The notes beneath the pieces were generated by a model. The model saw nothing but the letters and a program-made list of their open reading frames with translations. It did not search any database and had not been told where the DNA came from. From contig NW_021827068.1 in NCBI RefSeq assembly GCF_006345805.1, positions 1 through 11,217 on the forward strand: DNA of 11,217 nt, read 5' to 3'. Positions 6,351-11,217 of this stretch are shown piece after piece. The translations under genes were made by a program, and so were the position numbers. Numbering within the stretch: the first letter of the stretch is position 1; the number at the start of each line of letters is the position of its first letter. The DNA is from Octopus sinensis. Taxonomy: Eukaryota.

Positions 6351-6682
6351 TTCTCTCTTACACACAAACACATACACATGTATATAGAGAATTTATCTCT
6401 TGCTGCACGATACATGCTGACTCGAGAATGAAAACATCGTAGATGATATAAATTTTTGTTTCCATCTCTTCTAAAAAACACAAGACCAATATTATATGGT
6501 CAGCTCACCTTTGATTTTCGATTTCTTTCCTGTAACATTCACTGGTCTTATTTTATTAACCTGGGTGGGGTTAGTGGTGATGGGTAGCAGATGATATGTA
6601 AACTCAAGATTCCCCCACTCACTGTCTTTTCAAAAGAACATCTAACATGTAGATCTGGTTCAGTGATCTATCAATTTTGTCA

Positions 6683-7256
6683 CTATTTTGATAAACAAAA
6701 TGTTGATTAAATGAAGATGGTAGTGGTGGTGGTGACAACAACGACGATGATAGCAATGATGATGGTGATGATGATGATAGCTGGCACATTAACTATTGTT
6801 TATATTGATACACAGAATATTGATTAAATGAAGATGGTGAGGGGCAGTGGTGGTGATGATGATGATCAAGATGCTGGTATATGTCTATTGTCTATATCGG
6901 TATATATCTATTGTCAAATATAAACAGAATATTGACTGAATATGATGATAATGATGATGATGATGAAAATAGCTTGTATATACTTCGTGTCTATATTGAT
7001 GAATAAAATACTGAATGAATAGTGATGATGGTAATAATAATGCTATGAATCTATACATATTGTTCGAGATATTGACTGCCTGATGGTAGCTGTGATGGTG
7101 GCCATGATATCTAGCATAGAGCTTTTGTTTATATTGATAAACAAAATATTAGCAGGTGGTGGTGGTGATGATGATGATGTTGATGTTGATCTTTGGTATA
7201 CACATGTCTTATCTATATTCATAAACAAAATATTGATTGAATATTGATGGTAATAA
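6683..7256. repeat. Compound minisatellite, about 7 diverged units of about 65-100 bp
   Basis: Recurring core TATATTGATA(A/C)ACA(A/G)AATATTGA(T/C)T(A/G)AAT followed by a (GAT/GGT)n tract. Units start near 6683, 6781, 6874, 6973, 7041, 7111 and 7193. Confidence 0.8.
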
Positions 7257-7578
7257 GGAGCACACACACACATTTATATTAAAGACAATTAGGTTCATGT
7301 GTAATTTTTGTCTATTTATGATTTTTTTTTCACATTTCTTTGTTAGTTCTTTTATATGTAGTCTGGAATAGCTATTACTCCTACATAAACACAAGGGAAG
7401 AATAAGTAAAAAATATAAGTAAATAAAAATCTTTAGAAAACTAAAATTATATTCAAGAAAGTTATGTCTTTAAACTAACATATTTGTATGAAAAACCAGA
7501 AAGTTCTTCCTTACTTAAATAATTTCAAGGACAGAGCAAATGGAAAAATTTAACAAAAACATAACAAACATAACAAGT

Positions 7579-7909
7579 GGGTTCAGTCCCACTGCGTGGC
7601 ATCTTGGGCAAGTGTCTTCTGCTATAGCCCCGGGCCGACCAATGCCTTGTGAATGGATTTGGTAGACGGAAACTGAAAGAAGCCTGTCGTATATATGTAT
7701 ATATATATATGTATGTATGTGTGTTTGTTTGTGTGTCTGTGTTTGTCCCCCTAGCATTGCTTGACAACCGATGCTGGTGTGTTTATGTCCACGATAGAAT
7801 AAGTACTGGGCTTACAAAAAGAATAAGTCCCGGGGTCGGTTGCTCGATTAAAGGTGGTGCTCCAGCATGGCCGCAGTCAAATGACTGAAACCAGTAAAGA
7901 GTAACAGAA
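7579..7909 (+). mobile_element. tRNA-derived SINE, 5'-truncated at the B box, with an internal deletion
   Basis: Starts GGGTTCAGTCCC and is near-identical to 8925-9264. It lacks the TAACTTAG..AGAGAC segment present in the 2345 and 8878 copies. Confidence 0.92.
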
Positions 7910-7932
7910 AATTATATATATAATATATATAT

Positions 7933-8312
7933 TCTATCTTTTGACTTGCTTCAGTTATTGTATTGTAGCCAAGATGGTACACTACCTGCCTGGAAAGATT
8001 TTGTACTTGAACAAATTGACCTATGTACCATTTCTTATTCTGTTGGTATCTTCACTGAACTGCTAAGTTATGTTGATGTAAACAAAGCACACCAATTGTC
8101 AAATGGTTGTAGGGGACAAACACAAAGACACACACACACACAAACAGTAGGCTTCCACAGTTTCTGTCTGAAAAAATTCACTCACAAAGCATTGTTCAGC
8201 CTAAGGCTTTTGTAGAAAAGTATTTTCTAAAGGGGTGCACAAGGACAGTGAGATTGAACCTGAAAGTCCGTAATTGCAAAACAAGCTTCTTAACAACATG
8301 GCCATGCCTGCA
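7933..8312 (-). mobile_element. Old, near full-length SINE (family of 8878-9264), CpG-decayed
   Basis: Reads head (TGGCCATGTTG; B box GGTTCAATCT at 8260-8251), body, internal (TG)n at about 8122-8142, then tail. Colinear with the 8878 copy but diverged. Confidence 0.8.
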
Positions 8313-8479
8313 ACCACACACACACACACACACAACACTTTATAAGGCACAAAACATGGCTGTGTCATTTTATATATATATATATATATATATAATTAAA
8401 TAGGAAATGCTCCATAGACACATACATATGGACACTGTTTAATACCATGAGTCTCTTTGGATTTAAAATATGTAGGGCG

Positions 8480-8610
8480 TATCCCTGCATGTCTTAACAG
8501 GCGACTAAAAGGTTAAGTGCCAGCCAACAATGTCATCCAACCATAAAAAACTGCCTCCAAAAGTCAGCATGAAAAAACATATGTAAAAACAATGATGATA
8601 ATGATAATAA
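8480..8610 (+). mobile_element. Highly decayed SINE-type 3' fragment with (ATG/ATA)n tail
   Basis: CATCCAACCATAAAAAACTGCCTC..CAGCATGAAAA..ATGATGAT is weakly similar to the 6172 and 10445 fragments. Confidence 0.45.
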
Positions 8611-8799
8611 TAAAATAAGCATACACACATATATATACACACACACACACACACACATTTACAGGCATTCAGTCACAAGTACATACCACATTTACTATAT
8701 TAGGATAACCAAAAAAAAACAAAAAAAAACACGCAGCCATACTAATTAATATACAATAAATCACAAAACAATACTGGACCAGCAAGGGAACCACTAGAA

Positions 8800-8855
8800 A
8801 GTCATACAACCTGCTAGAAAATAGCAGAATCAAGATTTTTCTCAAATCACAATAA
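8800..8855 (+). repeat. Possible tail fragment of another octopod SINE-type repeat
   Basis: ACCTGCTAGAAAATAGCAG...CTCAAATCAC is recognised from memory of Octopus repeats only. Confidence 0.35.
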
Positions 8856-8877
8856 AAACTTGTATAAAAATATATAC

Positions 8878-9264
8878 ATGTGTGGCTGTGTGGTTAGTAG
8901 CTCGCTTACCAACCACATAGTTCCAGGTTCAGTCCCACTGCGTGGCACCTTGGGTAAGTGTCTTCTACTATAGCCTCGGGCCGACCAAAGCCTTGTGAGT
9001 GGATTTGATAGACGGAAACTGAAAGAAGCCTGTCGTATATATGTATATGTATATATGTGTGTGTCTTTGTGTCTGTGTTTGTCCCCCCCAACATAGCTTG
9101 ACAACCAATGCTGGTGTGTTTACGCCCACGTAACTTAGTGGTTCGGCAAAAGAGACCGATAGAATAAGTACGAGGCTTGCAAAGAATAAGTCCTGGGGTC
9201 GATTTGCTCGGTGCTCCAGCATGGCCGCAGTTAAATGACTGAAACAAGTAAAAGAGTAAAAGAA
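8878..9264 (+). mobile_element. Near full-length tRNA-derived SINE with internal microsatellite
   Basis: A box TGGCTGTGTGG (8883-8893), B box GGTTCAGTCCC (8926-8936), body, internal (TA)/(TG)n at about 9036-9065, and tail ending AAGTAAAAGAGTAAAAGAA. Six or more relatives occur in the window. tRNA-derived SINEs (OK/OR1/OR2) are described in octopus; I have not assigned which family this is. Confidence 0.93.
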
Positions 9265-9396
9265 TATGAGTATGTCTACATTTGTGTATGTGTTTGATAA
9301 AAATACTGACAGTTACTAAAGTAAGACCACTGTAGACTGTGAAAGTAGTAATTCATTCAAGAAGTAAAATATAGACTAGAGTTAGCCCTTAACTGT

Positions 9397-9640
9397 GAAG
9401 GTGTGGGCTATAGTAGTTAAGGGGTTGTACTCATGATTGCAAGATTGTGGGTTTCAGTTCCTGGACTAGACAGTGTGTTGTTTTCTTGAGAAAAACACTT
9501 CATTCTCATTGTTCCTGTTCACTCGGCTGTAATGGAATAGCCTTTCAAGGGCCTGACATCCTGTTCATTGGTATGTTGTGATCTAGTCCATATACAACAT
9601 GGAGACCAGTTAACTAGACCATAAATCTTAGGATTTGAGT
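9397..9640 (+). mobile_element. Old tRNA-derived SINE (head related to 9875-10063)
   Basis: Eroded A box, B-box-like GGTTTCAGTTCC (9450-9461), then TGTGTTGTTTTCTTGAGAAAAACACTT, which parallels TGTGTGTTTATTGAGCGAAAAACACCT of the 9875 copy. The 3' limit is approximate. Confidence 0.65.
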
Positions 9641-9874
9641 ATTCCTTAATTACCACTGTTCCCTTTAGAAGAGTGGTTTTACCCAGTCAAGGATCTGCAT
9701 TTGGGTCAATACCAGAAGACTGTCTGTGATTATGACAAACGAGTTTGGGAGGGTTGGCCCTTAGTAACATGCAACACAAGCCAACACATTGGTGGACATA
9801 TTCTGACGTCACATAAAGCAATTTCTGGTCTGAGAGTTAAATAGGTCCTGTGCCTCAAGGGTAGCTCAGTAGTG

Positions 9875-10063
9875 TAAAAGACTAGCAGTGGGAGAAAGAG
9901 AGGTGAAGAGTTCAGCAGGGATCACCACCCCCTGCCGGAGCCTCGTGGAGCTATTTTTAGGTGTTTTTCGCTCAATAAACACACATAACGCCGGTCTGAG
10001 AATCGAAACCGCGATCCTCCGACCGCGAGTCCGCTGCCCTAACCACTGGGCCATTGCACCTCC
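9875..10063 (-). mobile_element. Young tRNA-derived SINE (CpG-rich), apparently 3'-truncated
   Basis: A box TGGCCCAGTGG (10053-10043), B box GGTTTCGATTC (10010-10000), many intact CpGs in a CpG-poor neighbourhood, and no obvious tail. Confidence 0.88.
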
Positions 10064-10065
10064 AC

Positions 10066-10230
10066 AGATAGATACATACATAATATATATATATATATAT
10101 ATATATTATATACATACATACATATATATAAATACTATACATACATATATATAAATACATATACATACATACATACATATATATTTACTACACACACACC
10201 CACCACACACGTACATACATACATACATAC
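10066..10230. repeat. Compound (TA)n/(TACA)n/(CA)n microsatellite
   Basis: Read directly. Its position matches the internal microsatellite of the SINE at 10234-10385. Confidence 0.9.
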
Positions 10231-10233
10231 AAT

Positions 10234-10385
10234 GTCTTCTTTCAGTTTCTGTCTAGCAAATCAACTCATCAGGTTTTAGACAGCCTGAGGGTATAGTAAA
10301 AAATACTTTTCCCAAGGTGCCATGCAGTGGACTCAACCAGGAACCATATGGTTGGGAAGCAATCTCCTTATCACAGAGCCAGACC
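10234..10385 (-). mobile_element. SINE 5' half (family of 8878-9264), CpG-decayed
   Basis: The reverse complement aligns to 8880-9030 (CCAACCATATGGTTCC, CACTGCATGGCACCTTGGG, GAAACTGAAAGAAG). Confidence 0.85.
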
Positions 10386-10444
10386 ATATATGTGTGTGTG
10401 TGTGTGCCTAGTCATATATATATATGTATTGTATGTATATTCCT

Positions 10445-10605
10445 GGTACACTTGTTAAAGTGAGTGGGGTTAGGAAGGCTGACCATCCATTAAAAAAACA
10501 TGCCAAAATAGACTTTGGAGTTCAACACAGCAGTCCTCTAGGTTGGATGTTGTCAAATCATCCAACCCATGCCAGCAGGGAAGACAGATGTTAAATGATA
10601 GTGAT
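10445..10605 (+). mobile_element. Decayed SINE-type 3' fragment
   Basis: Colinear with 6172-6350; ends CATCCAACCCATGCCAGCA..GATGTTAAATGAT. Confidence 0.7.
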
Positions 10606-10788
10606 ATATGTGTGTGTGTGTGTGTGTGTGAGCACAGATGTGCATGAGCATGTATATGTACCTATGCAGGGAGACAAACATGCAAATATGTACATACATA
10701 CAGAGTCATATGAACACAGAAATACACGTATAGTCAAGCATGTGCATGCATGTATGTGTGTGTGTTATAATAAAAATGAGTATTAAAA

Positions 10789-10838
10789 ACAACCAAAATG
10801 GGAAGCAAAAATTTATAACAACCAAAAAGGGAAGCAAA
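10789..10838. repeat. 21-bp direct duplication (period 29)
   Basis: ACAACCAAAATGGGAAGCAAA (10789-10809) and ACAACCAAAAAGGGAAGCAAA (10818-10838). Confidence 0.8.
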
Positions 10839-11162
10839 GAAAGTTATTAGATACATACATGCACACACACACAAATATATATGTTATTACATGTATATTT
10901 CTTATGTCAATATGTTATTTTCTAATATATTGATTATTGTATATGATATTGTTTCATGATTAAAAAACAAAACAAAAAATAACAAACTAATGCTTGGAAT
11001 AAATCTGAGGAAAACACACAAGTTTTGGGAATATCACAAAGTTTACAAATACATTTTTTTTTTTCAATATCGATTTTTTTTTTTCCCCTTAGTAAACAGA
11101 AAAAAACAAATTTAACTGATGATTTGCAGTAATATTGAATGAATGGTCCCCTCCTTTTCATG

Positions 11163-11217
11163 TTAACCCTTTCAATACCACACGGTTTGAAACCAGCTCT
11201 GCTCGTTAATACAAATG
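11163..11217. mobile_element. Left end of a probable TTAA-targeting (piggyBac-like) MITE, running off the window
   Basis: TTAA (11163-11166) followed by CCCTTT, the typical piggyBac terminus. The sequence resembles an abundant Octopus MITE as I recall it. The right TIR is not in the window. Confidence 0.55.

Noticed and set aside
7043-7273. 76-aa minus-strand ORF with STSTSSSSPPPP
   Set aside because: It is a translation of the compound minisatellite's (GAT/GGT)n spacers.
7515-9247. Mutually similar ORFs at 7515-7888 and 8847-9247 that look like paralogues
   Set aside because: The similarity is just translation of two copies of the same SINE.
9225-9252. SINE tail CAGT(C/T)AAATGACTGAAACAAGTA as a hammerhead (also 7875-7896)
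   Set aside because: GAAAC-NN-GTA is present, but there is no YTGANRA core, the loop is not palindromic, and no stem I forms.
9661-9720. Minus-strand ADP*LGKTTLLK resembling a Walker A motif
   Set aside because: There is an in-frame stop inside the motif, no surrounding ATPase features and no supporting splice structure; most likely chance.
9990-10063. tRNA gene (also the head at 8878-8940)
   Set aside because: A and B boxes are present, but there is no complete cloverleaf with paired acceptor stem, and the sequence continues into SINE body.
11073-11140. Strong-looking plus-strand acceptor TTTTTTTTTTTCCCCTTAG at 11092
   Set aside because: All three frames stop within 14 codons, there is no good donor, and poly-T tracts are common in this window.

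Overview
Eukaryotic, AT-rich non-coding DNA, most likely from a coleoid cephalopod (Octopus-like). I infer this from the repeat families as I remember them, not from a database search. There is no convincing long CDS: the ORFs in the track are microsatellite or SINE read-throughs. The window is a mosaic of at least four tRNA-derived SINE-type families (about 15 copies or fragments) and many microsatellites. It also holds a complete 325-bp hAT (Buster/Charlie-type) MITE with 15-bp TIRs and an 8-bp TSD, the left end of a TTAA/piggyBac-like MITE, two fold-back elements sitting in (TA)n tracts, and a roughly 7-unit compound minisatellite. The best signal is a complete minimal type I hammerhead ribozyme fold at 3330-3371. 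Its catalytic core carries a compensatory U3:A8 swap (TTGAAAA instead of CTGANGA). It lies flush inside a ~40-bp inverted-repeat element in (TA)n, an architecture typical of non-autonomous Penelope-like elements. CpG density drops sharply near position 5500, which suggests an unmethylated promoter-like left half and a methylated gene body (intron) on the right. A few short exon and promoter candidates are listed at low confidence.
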